Assembly (NCBI RefSeq): GCF_009914755.1
Contig: NC_060938.1
Reading direction: 5' to 3' (one strand)
Source: the human T2T-CHM13v2.0 reference genome, Homo sapiens
Length of the DNA: 64,000 nucleotides
The position numbers and the translations under genes are program-made. This document shows, one piece after another, positions 26,304-41,300 of this stretch; within the stretch, counting starts at the first letter, position 1, and every line of letters begins with the position of its first letter. The notes below the pieces were generated by a model. That model saw only the letters and a program-made list of their open reading frames with translations, was not told where the DNA came from and ran no database searches.

Positions 26304-29300
26304 AATTGAATTTGAATGGAATGGGATGGAAAGGAATGGAATCGAATGGAATGGATGGAATGGAATGGAATCGAATGGCATCCTAAAGAATCGAATGGAA
26401 TGCAATGAAATGGAGTGGAGTGGAGAGGAATGGATTGGAATGGAATAGTGTGAAATGGAATTGAATGGACTGGAGTGGAGTGGAATGGAGGGGAATGGAA
26501 TGGAATGGGAAGGATGGAACTGAATGCAAGGTAGTGGATTGGAGTGGAGCGGAATGGAACGGAATGCAAAGGAACGGAGGGAAGTGGAGTGGAGTGGAGT
26601 TGAGTGTAGTGGATTGGAATGGAACAGATTTTACTAGATTGGAGGGGAATGGAATTGAGTGGAGTGGAATGAAATGGAGTGGAGTGGAGTGGAGTGCAGC
26701 GGGATAGAATTGAATGGAATGGAATGGAATGGATTGGAGTGGAGTGGAGTGGAATGGAATGAAATGGAACGGAATGGAATGGAATGCAGTGGAATGCAAT
26801 GACTCGAATGGAACGGAATGGAATGGAATGGACTGGAATGCAATGGACTGAAATGGAATAGAATCGAAAGAATGGAGTTAAATGGAAAGGATTTGAGTGG
26901 AATGTAATCGAGTGGAATGGAATTGAATGGCATCAAATGGAATCGAATGGAATGCGGTGAAGTGGAGTGGAGTGGAATCGATTGGAATGGAACTGGGTGT
27001 AACGGAATTGAATGGAGTGGAGTGGAATGGAGTGGAACGGACTGGAAAGGGAAGGAATGGAATAGAATGGAGTGTTGTGTATTGCAGTGTAGGGGAGTGG
27101 AATGGAATGAAATTAATGGAATGGAATGGAATGGATTTCAATGGAATGGACTCAAATGGAATGGCCTCGAATTGAATGGAATGGATGGAAATTGAATGGA
27201 GAGGAGTGGAATGGAATGGAATTGAAGGGAAAGGATTGTAATGGGGTGGAGTGGAGTGGACTGGAATGCAGTGGAGTAGACTGGAATGGAGTGGAATGGC
27301 TTGGAGTGGGGGGGAATGGAATGGAATGGAATGGATTGGAGTGGACTGGAGAGGAGGGGAATAGAATTAAATGGAGTGGAAGAGATTGAAATGGAATGGA
27401 GAGGAATGGAGTGGAATGGAATGGAATGAAGTGGAGTGGAATGGAGTGAAGTGGAGTTGAATGGAATGCGATGGAATGGAATGGAATAGAATGAAATGGA
27501 AAGGAAACAAATGGAATGGATTCGAATGGAATGGAATTGTATGGAATGGAATCGCATGGAATGGAAACGCAAGGCATCGAATGGAATGGAATGGAATTTG
27601 GTAAAGTGCAGTGGCATGGAATGGAGGGGAATGGAAAAGGGTGCAATGGAATTGAATGGAGTGGAGTGGCCTAGAGTGGAAGGGAGTGGAACGGAATAGA
27701 TTGTGAAGGAATGGAATTGAGCAGAGTGGACTGGAGTGGAGTGTAGTGCAATGGAATGGAAAGGAATGGAGTTGTGTGGAGTGGAGTGGAGTCGAATGAA
27801 ATGGAGTGGAGTGGAATGGAATGGAATGGATTGGAATGGGATGGAATGGAGTGGAGTAGAATGGATTGGAATGGAATTGAATGTACTGGAATGGAATGGA
27901 ATGGAAGGGAATGCAATGGAATGGATTCGAATGGAATGGACTCGAATGTAATTGACTGGAATGGATTGAACGGGAATGAACTGGACTCAAATGATACGGA
28001 CTCTAATGATATTGACTCCAATGGAATGGAATTGAATAGAATGGAATCGAATGGAATGGCAAAGAATGGAATGCAAACAAAGGGAGTGGAATCGCATTGA
28101 AAGTAATCGAGTGGAAAGGAATTGAATGGAATGGAATCGAATGGAATGATATTGAATTGAATGGAATGGAATGGAATGGAGTGTAATGGAATGGAATGGA
28201 GTGGAGTAGAATGGAGTGGAATGGAACTGAATGTACTAGAATGGAACGGAATGGAATGCAATGGATTCGAATGGAATGGACTCGAATGTAATGGACCGGA
28301 ATGGACTGGACGGTAATGAAATGGACTCAAATGACATGTACTCTAATGGTATGGACAGGAATGGAATGGAATCGAATAGAATGTAATCGAATGGAATGGC
28401 AATGAATGGAATGTAATAGAATGGAATGGAAACGAATGGAATGGAATTGAATTGAATGCAATCGATTGGAATGGAATTGAATGGAATGGAATCGAATGGA
28501 ATGATATGGAATTGAATGCAATGGAATCAAACAGAATCAAATGGAATGGAATGGAATCAAAGGGAAGGCAATGGAATGGAATGAAATCTAATGGAATGGA
28601 AAGGAATGGAACTCAATGGATTCCAATGGAATGGACTTGAATGCAATGGAATCAAATGGAGTGGGATCGAATGGAATGGAATCCAGTGGAATGGAATCAA
28701 ATGGAATGACACCGAATGTAATGTAACTGAATGGAATGGAATCGAATGGAATGGAAATGAAAGGAATGGAATAGAATTGAATGTAACCGAATGGAATGGA
28801 ATGGAATCGAATCGAATCGAATGGAATGATATCGAACTGAATGGAATGGAATTGAATGGAATGAAATAGAAAGGAATGGAATGGAATGGATTGGATTGGA
28901 ATCAAATGGAATGGAATGGAATGGAAAGGAATGGAAAACAATGGAATGGAATGGAATGGAATGCAATGGAGTGGAAGGAAATGGAATGGAAAGGAAAGGA
29001 ACTGAATGGAATTATTTAATCAAGTGGAATGGATTCGAATGGAATGGAATCGAATGGATTGGAATTGCATGGAATGGAATAGTATGGAATGCAATCGCAT
29101 GGCATTGATAGGAATAAAATGCAATGTGGTGAACTGGATTGGAGTGGAATGCAGTGGAATGGAATAGGGTGCAATGAAATTGAATGGAGTGGAGTGGACT
29201 GGAGAGGAATGGAGTAGAATGGAATAGATTGGGAAGGAATGGAATTCAATGGAGTGGCCTGGAGAGGGGTGTAGTGCAATGGAATGGAATGGAATGTAGT

Positions 29301-32300
29301 GGGGTGGAGTGGAGTGGAGGAGAATGGAGTGGAGTGGAAATGAATGGAATGGAATGGAGCGGAATGGCATGGAATAGAGTGGAATGGAATGGAATGGAAT
29401 GAAGTGGAGTAGAATGGAGTGGATTGGAATCGAATGTACTGGAATGGAAACGAATGGAATGGAATGGACTTGAACGGAATAGACTCGAACGTAGTGGACT
29501 GGAAAGGAATGGACGGGAATGAAATGGAATCGAATGACGTGGATTGAAATGGAATGGAATCGAAAGGAATGGAATCGAATAGAATGGAATCTAATGGAAT
29601 GGCAACGAATGGAATGTAATAGAATGGAATGGATACAAATGGAATGGAAACGAATGGATTGGAATCGAATTGAATGTAATTGAGAGGAATGTAATGGAAT
29701 GTAATGGAATTGAGTCAAATGGAATGACATCGAATTTAATGGAGTGGAATGGAATGGAATGGAATCAAATGGAATAGAAAGGAATTGAATGGAATGCAAT
29801 TAAATGGAATGCAAAGGAATGGAATGCAATGGAATGGAATGGAATGGAATAGAATGGAATAAAATGGAATGGAATAGCAATGGATTCCAATGGAATGGAC
29901 TCGAATGCAATGGATTTGAATGGAGTGGTATCGAATGGAATGGAATCCAATGGAATGGAATCAAATGGAAAGTAATCGAATGGCATAGAGTGTATTAGAA
30001 TGGAATGTTGTGAAGTGGAGTGGAGTGGAATGGAGTGGAAGGGTATAGGGTGCAATGGAATTGAATGGAGTGGACTGGAGTTGAATGGAGTGGAATGGAA
30101 TAGATTGGGAAGGAATGGAATTGAACAGAGTGGACTGGAGAGCAGTGTTGTGCAATGGAATGGAATGGAATGGAGTGGGGTGGAGTGGAATGGAGTGGTG
30201 TGGAGTGGAATGGAATGGAATGGAATGGAAGGGAATGGAATGGAATGGAGTGGAATTGAATGGAATGGAATTCAGTGGAGTGGAATGGAGTGGAATGGAA
30301 TAGAATGGAATGGAATGACATCGAATTGAATGGAATGTAATTGAATGGAGTGGAATGGAATGGAATGGAATGGAATCGAAATGAATGGAATGGATTGGAA
30401 TGGAATGGAATGGAATGGAATCGAAATGAATGGAATGGATTCGAATGTAATGGAATGGAATGGAATAGAATGGAATCGAATGGAATGGAATGGAATGCAA
30501 TGGAATGCAATGGAATGCAATGGAATGCAACGGAATGAAATGGAATGCAATGGAATGCAATGGAATGGAATGGAATGCAATGGAATGCAACGGAATGGAA
30601 TGGAATGCAATGGAAAGGACTGAAATGGAATGGAATGGAATGGAATGCAACAGAATGAAAATGAATCTAACGAAATAAAATGGAATGGAATTCAATGGAC
30701 GCCAATGAAAGTGACTCGAGTGGAATACATTCGAATGGAGTGGTATCGAATGGAATGGAATCGAATGGAATGGAATCGAATGGAAAGGAAGCGAATGGCA
30801 TCAAATGGTATCGAATGGAACGTGATGAAGAGGAGGGGAGTGGAATGGGGTGGAAGAGAACAGGGTGCAATTGAATGGAGTGGACTGGAGTTGAATGGAG
30901 TGGAATGGAATAGATTTGGAAGGAATGGAATTGAATGGAGAGGACTGCAGAGAAATGTAGTTCAATGTAATGGAATGGAATGGAGCGGGGTGGAGTGGAA
31001 TGGAGTGGTGTGGAGTGAAATGGAATGGAATGGAATGGAGTGAAATGGAATGGAAAGGAATTGAGTGGAGTGGAATGGATTGGAATGGAATGGAATAGAA
31101 TAGAAAGGAATGGAATCAATGTAGTGTAATGAAATGGAATGGAAAGGAATGCAATGCAATCAAATGGAATTGAAAGGAATGCAAAGGAATGCAACGGAAT
31201 GGAATGGAATGCAATGGAATGGAATGCATTGGAATGGAATGGAATGCAATGGAATGGAATAGAATGCAATGGAATGCATTGGAATGGAATGGAATGCAAT
31301 GGAATGGAATAGAATGCAATGGAATGCAATGGAATGGAATGGAATCGAATGAAATAAAATGGAATGGAATGCAATGGACTGCAACAGAATTGACTCGAGT
31401 GGAATATATTCGAGTGGAGTGGTATTGAAGGGAATGGAATCCAATGGAATGGGATCAAATGGAAAGGAATCAAATGGCATCAAATGGTATCAAACCGAAT
31501 GTCGTGAAGTGGAGGGGAGTGGAATGGTTTGGAATGGAATAGGGTGCAACGGAATTGCATGGAGTGGACAGGAGTGGAAGGGAGTAGAATGGAATAGATT
31601 GGGAAGGAATGGAATTGAAAGGAGTGTACTAGAGATGAGTGCAGTGCAATGGAATGGAGTGGAGTGGAGGGAAATGGAGTGGAGGGGAGTGGAATGCTGT
31701 GGAGTGGAGTGGAATGGAATGGAATGAAGTGGAATTGAATGGAATGGAAAGGAGTGCAGTGGAATGGAGTGGAATGGAATCGAATGTAATGGAATGGAAC
31801 GGAATTGAATGGAATGGACTCGAATGGAATGGACGCGAATTGAATGGACTGGAATGGAATGGACGAGAATGAAATGGACTCGAAAGACATGGACTCTAAT
31901 GGAATGAACATGAATGGAATGGAACTGAATAGAATGGAATCGAATGAAATGGCAATGATTGCAATGTAATCGAATGGAATGGAATAGAATTTGATGGAAA
32001 CAAATGGAATAGAATCGAATTGAATGTAATCGAGTGGAATGAAATGGAATCGAATCAAAGGGAATGATATCGATTGGAATGGAATGGAAAGCAATGGAAT
32101 GGAATGGACTTGAATTGAATTGAATGGAATGGAATGCAACACAATGGAATGGAATGGAACGCAATGCAATGGAATGGACTCTAATGGAATGGACGGGAAT
32201 GGAATGGAATTGAATGGAATGGATTGGAATGGAATGGAATCGACTGGGATGGACTCGAATGGAATGGAATGGAATGGAAAGGAATCAAATGGAATGGAAT

Positions 32301-35300
32301 GGAATGGAATGGAATGGAATGGAATGGAATGGAATGGAATAGAAAGGAGTGGAATGGAATGGAATGGAATAGAAAGGAGTGGAATGGAATGGAGTGGAAC
32401 GGATTGTAATGGAGTGGAATTGAATAGAGTTGAAAGGAATGGAGTGGAATGGAGTGGAGTGGATTGGAGTGGACTGGAGTGGAATGGCATGTAATGGAAT
32501 GGAGTGGAATAGAATGGAATGAACTGCACTCAAATGGAATGGAATGGGCTGGACTGGAATGGACAGGAATGGAATGGACTCGAATGGAGTGGAATCTAAT
32601 TGAATGGAATTGAAAGGAATGGAGTCCAACAGAATGGATTAGAACGCAATGGAATCGAATGGAATGGAATCGAATTGAATGGACTGGAATGGAATGAACT
32701 GCAATGGAATGGACTTGAATGGAATGGAATCGAATGGAATGGAATCATAAGGAATAGAATCAAATGGAATGGAATCAAATGGTATCAAATGGAATCGAAT
32801 GGAGCAGGCTGAATTGGAGTGGACTTGAATGGAGTGGAATTGTATGTTGTGAAATGGAATTGAACGGAGTGGAGTGGGGTGGAGTGGAATGGAGTGAAAT
32901 CGAATGGAATGCTTAGGAATGGAAATGAATGGAATGGATTGCAGTCGAGTGGATTGGAATGGAATGACTTGGAATGGGATGGAAGTGAAAGAAAGGGAAT
33001 GGAGAGGCATTGATTGGAATGGAATGCAGTGGAGTGGAAAGGAATGGAATGGAGTGGAGTGGAGTGGAATGGAATGGAACGGAACGGAATGGAATGGAAT
33101 GGAATGGACTCGGTTGGAATGGACACAAATTGAATGAAATCGAATGGAATGAAATGAAATGGAATGGAAGGGAATGGAATGGACTCGAATGGAATGGACT
33201 TGAATGAAATGGACTCATGGAATTGAATGGATTGGAGTGTAGTGGAGTGCAATGGAGTGGAAAGGAATGGAAGGGGAAGGAATGGAATTGAACAGAGTTG
33301 AGTGGATTGGAGTTGAGTGGAATGGAAATAAATAGAATGGTATGGAATAGAACTGACTGGAATGGAGTGGAATTGAGTGTAACGGTATGGATTGCCGTGG
33401 AATGGAGTGGAATGGAGTGGATTGGAATGGAATGGAAGTGAATGGAATGGAATGGAATGGAAAGGAATGGAATGGAATGGAATGGAATGGAATGGAATAG
33501 ACCTGAATGGAATGGACCGGAATGGAATGGACTCAAAGGGAATAGACACGAATGGAATGGAATGAAATGGAATGCCATCGAATGGAACTAAATCAAATGG
33601 AATTGAATAGAATGGAATGGAATCGAATGGACTAGAACAAAACGGAATGGAATCGAATGGAATGGAATCGAAAGACATCAATTGGAGTTGAATGAAATGT
33701 GGTGAAGTGGTGTGGAGTGCAGAGGAATGGAGTGGAATGGAATGGGGTGGAATGGAATTGAATGGACAGGAGTAGTGTGGAGTGAAATGGAGTGGAAAGG
33801 AATGGAATGGTAAGAAATGGAAATGAATGGAGTGGAGTGGAGTGGAGTGGAGTTCAAGGGAATCCAATTGAATGCAATGGAATGGAATGGAATTTAATGG
33901 AAAGGAATGGAGTAAAATATAGTGGAAAGGAGTGGAATTGAATTGAGTGGAGTGAGATGGGTTGGAGGGGAGCAGATTAGATTGAAATGGAATGGAATGG
34001 AATCAAATGGAATGGATTCAAATAAAATGGAAGGGAATGGAATGGAACGGAATGGAATGGAATGGACATGAATGGAATGAAATGGAATGGAATGCAACGG
34101 AATCGAATGCAATGGAATTGAATGGAATGGATTGAATTCGAATGGAATGCAATGGAATCGAATGGAATGGAATGGAACGGATTGGAAAGGAATGGATTAC
34201 AATCGAATGCAATGGAATGGAATGAAATGGAATGGAATGGAATGGAAAGGACTCGAATAGAATGGACTGGAATGGAATGAACTCAAATGGAATGCAATTG
34301 CATAGAATGGAATGGAATAGAATAGAATGGAATGAAATCCAACAGAATAGAATGGAATAGAGTGGAATGGAATGGAATGAATTGGAACGGATTGGAATGG
34401 AGTTGAATTGAATGGACTTGAATTGAATAGAAGGGAGTGGAATGTAATGGAATGGAGTGGAATGGAGAGGAGTGGACAAAAGTGGAATGGCATGGAATTA
34501 ACCGGACTCAAATGGAATGGAATGGACTCGAATGGAATGGACTGGAGAGGAATGGACAGGAATGGAAGGGACTCCATTGGAATGGACTCGAATGCAGTGG
34601 AATCGAATGGAATTGAGTAGAATGGAAGGGAATCAAATGGATGGAATTGAAAGGAATAGAGTATAATGGAATGGAATCCAATGGAATGGAGTAGAATGGA
34701 AAGGACTGGAATGGAATTAACTGACATAGAATGGACTTGAATGGAATGGAATCAAATGGAAATGGAATGGAAAGGAATAGACTCAAAAGGAATTGAATCG
34801 AATGGAATGGAAACGAGTGACATCAAATGGAATCGAATGGAGTGCCATAAATAGGAATGCAGTGGAATGGAGTGGAATGGAATGCTGTGGAATGGAATGT
34901 TGTGAAATGGAATTGAATGGAGTGGAATGGAGTGGATTGGAGTGAAATCGATTGGAATGGTTAGGAATGGAATTGAACGGAGTGTAGTGCAGTGGAGTGG
35001 ACTGGAATGGAATACAGTGTAAAGGAATGAAATGGAATGAAATGTAATGGAGTTGAATTGAGAGAAATTGAACGGAGTGGAGTGGAATGGAATAGAATGG
35101 AGTGGAGTGGAGTGGAATGGAATGGAATGGAATGGAAGGGAATGGAATGTAATCGGATGGAGTCGGATGGAATGGACACAAATGGAATGAAATCGAACGG
35201 AATGGAATGGAATGGAATGGAATGGAATGGACTCGAATGAAATGGACTTGAATGGAATGCACTGGAATGGAATGGACTGGAATGAAATTGAATGGAATGG

Positions 35301-38300
35301 AATGGACTGGAATGGAATGTACTTCAATGTAATGGAATCGAATGGAATGTAATGGAATGGAAAGGAGTAGAATGGAATGGAATCGAATGGAATGGAATCA
35401 AAGGGCATTGACTGGAATTGAACGGAATCGAATGGTATCAAAAGGAATAGAATGGAATGAAGTGAAGTAAACTGGAGAAGAGTAGAATGGATTGGATTGG
35501 AATGGAATGGAGTGGAATGGAATTGAATGGATTGGCGTGGAGTGGAGAGGAGTGGAATGGAGTAGAAAGGAAAGGAAGGGTAAAGAATGGAATTGAACAG
35601 AGTGGAGTGGATTGGAGATTAGTATAATGGAATGATATGGAATGGTATGGAATGGAACGGACTGGAATGGAGGGTAATTGAGTGGAATTGGAGTGCTGTG
35701 GAATGGAGTGGAATGGAGTGGAGTGGAATGAAATCGAATGGAAGGGAAGGGAATGTAATGGAAAGCAATGACTCGAATGGAATGGACCCGAAAGGAATGA
35801 ACTGGAATGGAATGAACTCGAATGGAATAGACTCCAATGGAATTGAATCAACTGGAATGCAATCAAAGGAACAGAATAAAATGGAATGGAATCTAATGGA
35901 ATGGAATCAAATGAAATGGAACAAAATGGAATGGAAACAAATGGAATGGAATTCAATGGCATCAACTGGAATCGTATAGAATTTGCTGAAATGGAGTGGA
36001 GTGAAGTGGAATGGAGTGGAATGGAATGGGGAGGAATGGAATGGAATGGATAGGAGTAGACTGGAGTGGAGTGGAATGGAATGGAAAGGGAAGAACTGGA
36101 ATTGAATGGAGAGGAGTGGAGTGGAAAGGAGTGGAGTGGAATGGAATGGAATGGAAAGGAGTGGAGTGGAGTGGAATGCAATGGAATGGAGTGGAATATA
36201 AGGCAATGGAATGCAGTGGAGTTGAGTGGAATGGGGTGCAGCAGAGTGGAATTGAGAGGAATGGAATGGAGTGGAATGGAATGGGGTGGAATGGAATTGA
36301 ATGGAATGGAATGGAGTGGAATGGAATGGAATGGAAAGGAACGGAGTGAAATATAGAGGAAAGGAGTGGAATGGAATGGAGTGGAGTGAGATGGAATGGA
36401 TAGTAGAGGAGTGGACTGAAATGGAAAGGCATGGAATGGAATGTACTCCAATGAAATGGACTTGAAAAAAATGGAATCAAATGGATTGGAATGGAATGGA
36501 ATGGAATGCAATGGAAACGAATGGCATGGAATGGAATGGAATGGAAAGGATTGGAATTGAATGCAATGGAATGGAATGGAATGGAATGGAATGGAATGGA
36601 ATGGAATGGAATGGAACAGAATGGACTGGAATGGAACAGAATGGACTGGAATGGAATGGACTCGAATGGAATGGATTTGAATGGAATGGAACTGAATGGA
36701 ATAGAATCGAATGGAATGAAATGGAAGGGAGTGGAATGGAATGGAATGGAACGGAGTGGAATAGAAATGAATGGAATGGAAGGGAATGGAATGGAATCTA
36801 ACGGAATGGAATGCAGTCGAATGGAATGGAATGAAATGAAATGGAATGGAATGGAACAGAATGGAGTGGAAGGGAATGGAAAGGAATGGAATGGATTGGA
36901 ATGGAATGGAATGGAGTGGAATGGAATGGATTGAAATCGAATGGAAAGGAATCGAATAGAATGGAGTCAAATGGAATGGAATGGAACAGAATGGAATGGA
37001 ATTGAATGCCATCGAGTGGAATAGAATTGAATGGAATGGTATTGAAAGAAATAGAATGGAATGCGTTGAAGTGGAGTGGAGTAGAGTGGAATGGATTGGA
37101 ATCGAATGGGGTGGAATGGAATTGAATGGATTGGAGTGGAGTGGAGTGCAATGGATTGGAAACGAATGGAAGGGGAAGGAATGGAATTGAAAGGAGAGGA
37201 TTGAAATGGAGTTGAGTGGAATGGAAAGAAATAGAACGGTATGGAATGGAACTAAATGGAATGGAGTGGAATTGAATGTAATGGTATGGAGTGCTGTGGA
37301 ATGGAGTGGATTGGAATGGAATGGCATTGAAAGGAATGGAATGGAATGGAATGGACTTGAAAGGAATGGAATGGAATGGAATGCAATAGAATGGAATGGA
37401 GTGGAAAAAATTAGAATGGAATCGAATGGAATTTACTCGAAAAGAATGTAATCAAATGAAATGGAAAGGAATGGAATGGAGTGGAATGGACTCAAATGGA
37501 ATGGAATGGAATGGAATGCAGTGGAATGGAATGGAATCGAACTGAATGAAATAGAAGGTAATGGAATTGAATGGAATGAAATCGAATGGAATGCACTGCA
37601 GTGGAATGGACTGGAATGGAATGGAATCGAATTGAACAAAATCGAAGGTAATGGAATCAAATCGAATGGAATCGAATGGAATGGACTGGAATGGAATGGA
37701 CTGGAATGGAATGGAATCGAATGGAATGGACTTGAATGGCACCAAAAAGAATCAAATGGAATGAGGAGAAGTGGATTGGAGTGGGGTGTAATGGAGTGGA
37801 ATGAAGTGGAAAGGAATGGAATCAGAAGTAATGGAATAGAACGGAGTGGAGTGGAGTGAATTGGAAAGTACTGGAATAGAATGGCCTGGAATGGAATGGA
37901 CTAGAATGGAAAGGAATCGAATGGAATGGAAACGAATGGAATGGATTGTAATGGAATGCAATGGAACAGAATGGAATCGACTAGAATCGAATGGACTGGA
38001 ATGGAATGGACTGGAACGGAATGAAGTCAAATGGAACAGACTCGAACGGAATGGATTTCAATGGAATGGTCTCGAATGGAATTGAATCGGATGGAATGGA
38101 ATTGAATGGAATTGAATTGAGTGAAACGGAATCGAATGGAGTGGAATCGAATCGCATCGAATGGAATCAAATGGAATGCGGTGAAGTGGAATGGAGTGGA
38201 ATGGAATTGGGTGGAATGGAATAGAATGGAGGGGAGTGGAGTGGAGTGGATAGGAATGCAATGGAATGGAATGGCATGATATAGATTGCAGTTGAGTGTA

Positions 38301-41300
38301 GTGTAGTGGATTGGGTTGGAGTGAAATGGAGTGGAGTGGAGCTGAGTGGAGTGAAGAGGAATGGAATGGAATGGAGTCGAGTGGAATGGAATTGAATGGA
38401 ATGTAATGGAATGGAATGGAGTGGAATGCCATGGAATGGAGTGGAAGGGAATGTAATGTAATGGAATGGAATGGAATGGAGTGGAATGCCATGGAATGGA
38501 GTGGAAGGGAATGTAATGTAATGGAATGGAATGGAATGGAAAGGAATGGAATGGAGTGGAATGGAATGGGGTGGAAAGGAATGTAATTTAACTGAGTGGG
38601 GAGGAGAGGAGTGGAGTGGAGTGGATTAGAATGGAGTGAAGTAGAGAGGAATGGAATGAAATTGAATGGAGTGGAGTGGAATGGAATGGAATGGAGTGGA
38701 TGGGAGTGGAATGTAGTGGAATGGAATAGAATGGAATGGATTGGAATTGAACGGATTGGAGAGGACTGGAGCGGAGTGGAATGGAATGGAATGGAATTGA
38801 ACGGATTGGAGAGGACTGGAGCGGAGTGGAATGCAATGGAATGGAATTGAATGGAGAGGAGTGGAGTGGAGTGACGTGGAATGGAATGGAAAGGAATGTA
38901 ATGGACTGTAATGGAATGGACACGAATGGAATGGACATGAATGGAATGGAATCGAATGGAATGTAATTGAATGTAGTGGATTCTAAAAGAATGGAACTGA
39001 ATGGCATTGAATGGAATCGAACGGAATGTGATGAAGTGGAGTGGAGTGGAAAGGAGTGGAATGGAATGGGTTGGAATGCAACTGAATAGAGTGCAGTGGA
39101 GTGGAGTGGAATGGAGTCGAATTGAATGAAATGGGAAGGAATGGAATTGAATGGAGTGTAGTGGAGTGGAGTGGAATGCAAATGAATGGAATGGAATGGA
39201 ATGGAGTGGAGTGGAGAGGATTAAAATGTAGTGGAATGGAGAGGAGTGGAGTGGACTGGAATGGAATGCAATGGAATGCAATTGAATGGAATGGAATGGA
39301 CTTGAATGGAATGGAAAGGAATTTATAGGAAATCACTTGAACTGTATGGAATTGAATGGAATGGAATCAAATGGAATGGAATCAAATGGCATCAAATGGA
39401 ATCGAATGGAATGCTGTGACATGGATTGAAGTGGAGTGAAATGCAGTGGAATGGAATGGGCTGGAATGGAATTGAATGAAGTGGAGTGGAGTGGAATGGA
39501 TTGGAATGGAATGGGAAGGAATGGAATTGAATGGACTGTAGTTGAATGGAGTGAAGTGGAATGCAATGGAATGGAATGGAATGGAAGGGATTCGAATGGA
39601 ATGGACTGGAATTGAATGGACTGGAATGGAATGGACTCAAATGGAATTTAATAGAATGGAAAACACTCCTATTGAATGGAAAGAATGGAATGGACTGGAA
39701 TAGAATGTACTCGAATGGAATGGATTGGAATGGAATGCACTCAAAAAGAATGGAATCGAATGGAATGGATTGGAATGGAATGCACTCAAAAAGAATGAAC
39801 TGGAATGGAATGCTCTTGAATGGAATGGAATCAAATGGAATGGACTCACATGGAATGGAATCGAAAGGAATGGAATCGAATGAAGTGGAATCGAATGGAA
39901 GGGATTAGAATTGCTTTGAATGGAATCCAGAGGCATGCTGTGAAGTGGAGTGAAATGGAGTGGAATGGATAGGAATGGAATGGGGTGGAAAGGAATTGAA
40001 TGCAGTGGAGTGGAGTGGAGTGGAATGGAGTTCAATAGAATGGAATTGGAATGAATGGAATTGAACCGAATGGAGTTGAGTGGCATGCAGTGGGGTGGAA
40101 TGCAAAGGAATGGAATGGAGTGGAATGGAATGGAATGGAATAGAGAGGAGTGGAATCGAATGGGGTGGAAAGGAATGGAGTGGAGTACAGTGCAGTGGAG
40201 AGGAATGGATTGAAATGGAATGGAGTGGAGTGGAATGGAATGGAATGGAATGGAATGGAATGGAATGGAATGGACTCGAATGGAATGGACTGGAATGGAA
40301 TGGACTCAAACGGAATGGAATCGAGTGGCATAGAATCGAATTGAATGAAACTGAATGGAATGGACTCGAAAGGAATGGAATCAAATGGCATCGAATAGAA
40401 TCGAATGGAATGCGGTGAAGTGGAGTGGATTGGAGTACAGTGGAATGGAGTGGATTGGAACGGGGTGGAATGCAAATGAATGGAATGGAGTGGACTGGAG
40501 TGGAGAGTAATGGAGTGGAATGGAAAGGGAAAGAATGGAATTGAATGGAGAGGAGTGGAGTGGAAAGTAAAGGAATTGAATGGAATGCAAAGTAGTGGAA
40601 TGGAGTAAAGTGTAGTGGATTGGAGAGGAATGGAGGGGAATGGAATGGAATGGAAAGGAATGGAATGCAATGGAGTGGAATTGAATCGAATGGAATGAAA
40701 TGCAGTGGATTGGAATCGAGTGAAGTGTAATGGAGTGGAATGGAATGGAATGGAATGGAAGGGATTGGAAAGGAAGGGACTCGAATGGAAAGGACTCGCA
40801 TGGAATGGAATGGAATGGAATAGAATGGATTCGAATGGAATGGAATGAAATGGAATGGAATGCAATGTAACGGAATTGAAAGGAAAGGAATCGAATTGTA
40901 TGGAATTGAATGGAATGGCATCGAATGGAATGGAATCAAATGGCATGAAATGGAATCGAATGTAATGCGGTGAAGTTGAGTGGAGTGGATTGAAATGCAG
41001 TGGAATGGAATAGGGTGGAATAGAATTGAATGGAGTGGAGTGGAGTGGAATGGAATGGAATGTAATTGGAAGAAATGGAATTGAATGGAGTGGAGTGGAG
41101 TGGAACGGATTGCAAAGGAATGGGAAGGAATGGAATTGAATGGACTGGGGTGGAATGGAGTGAAGTGGAATGCAATGGAATGGAGTGGAGTGCAGTGGAA
41201 TGCAATGGAATGGAATGGAATGGATTCGAATGGAATGGATTTGAAAGGAATGGACTGGAATGGAATGGACTCAAATGGAATTTACTAGAACGGAATGAAT

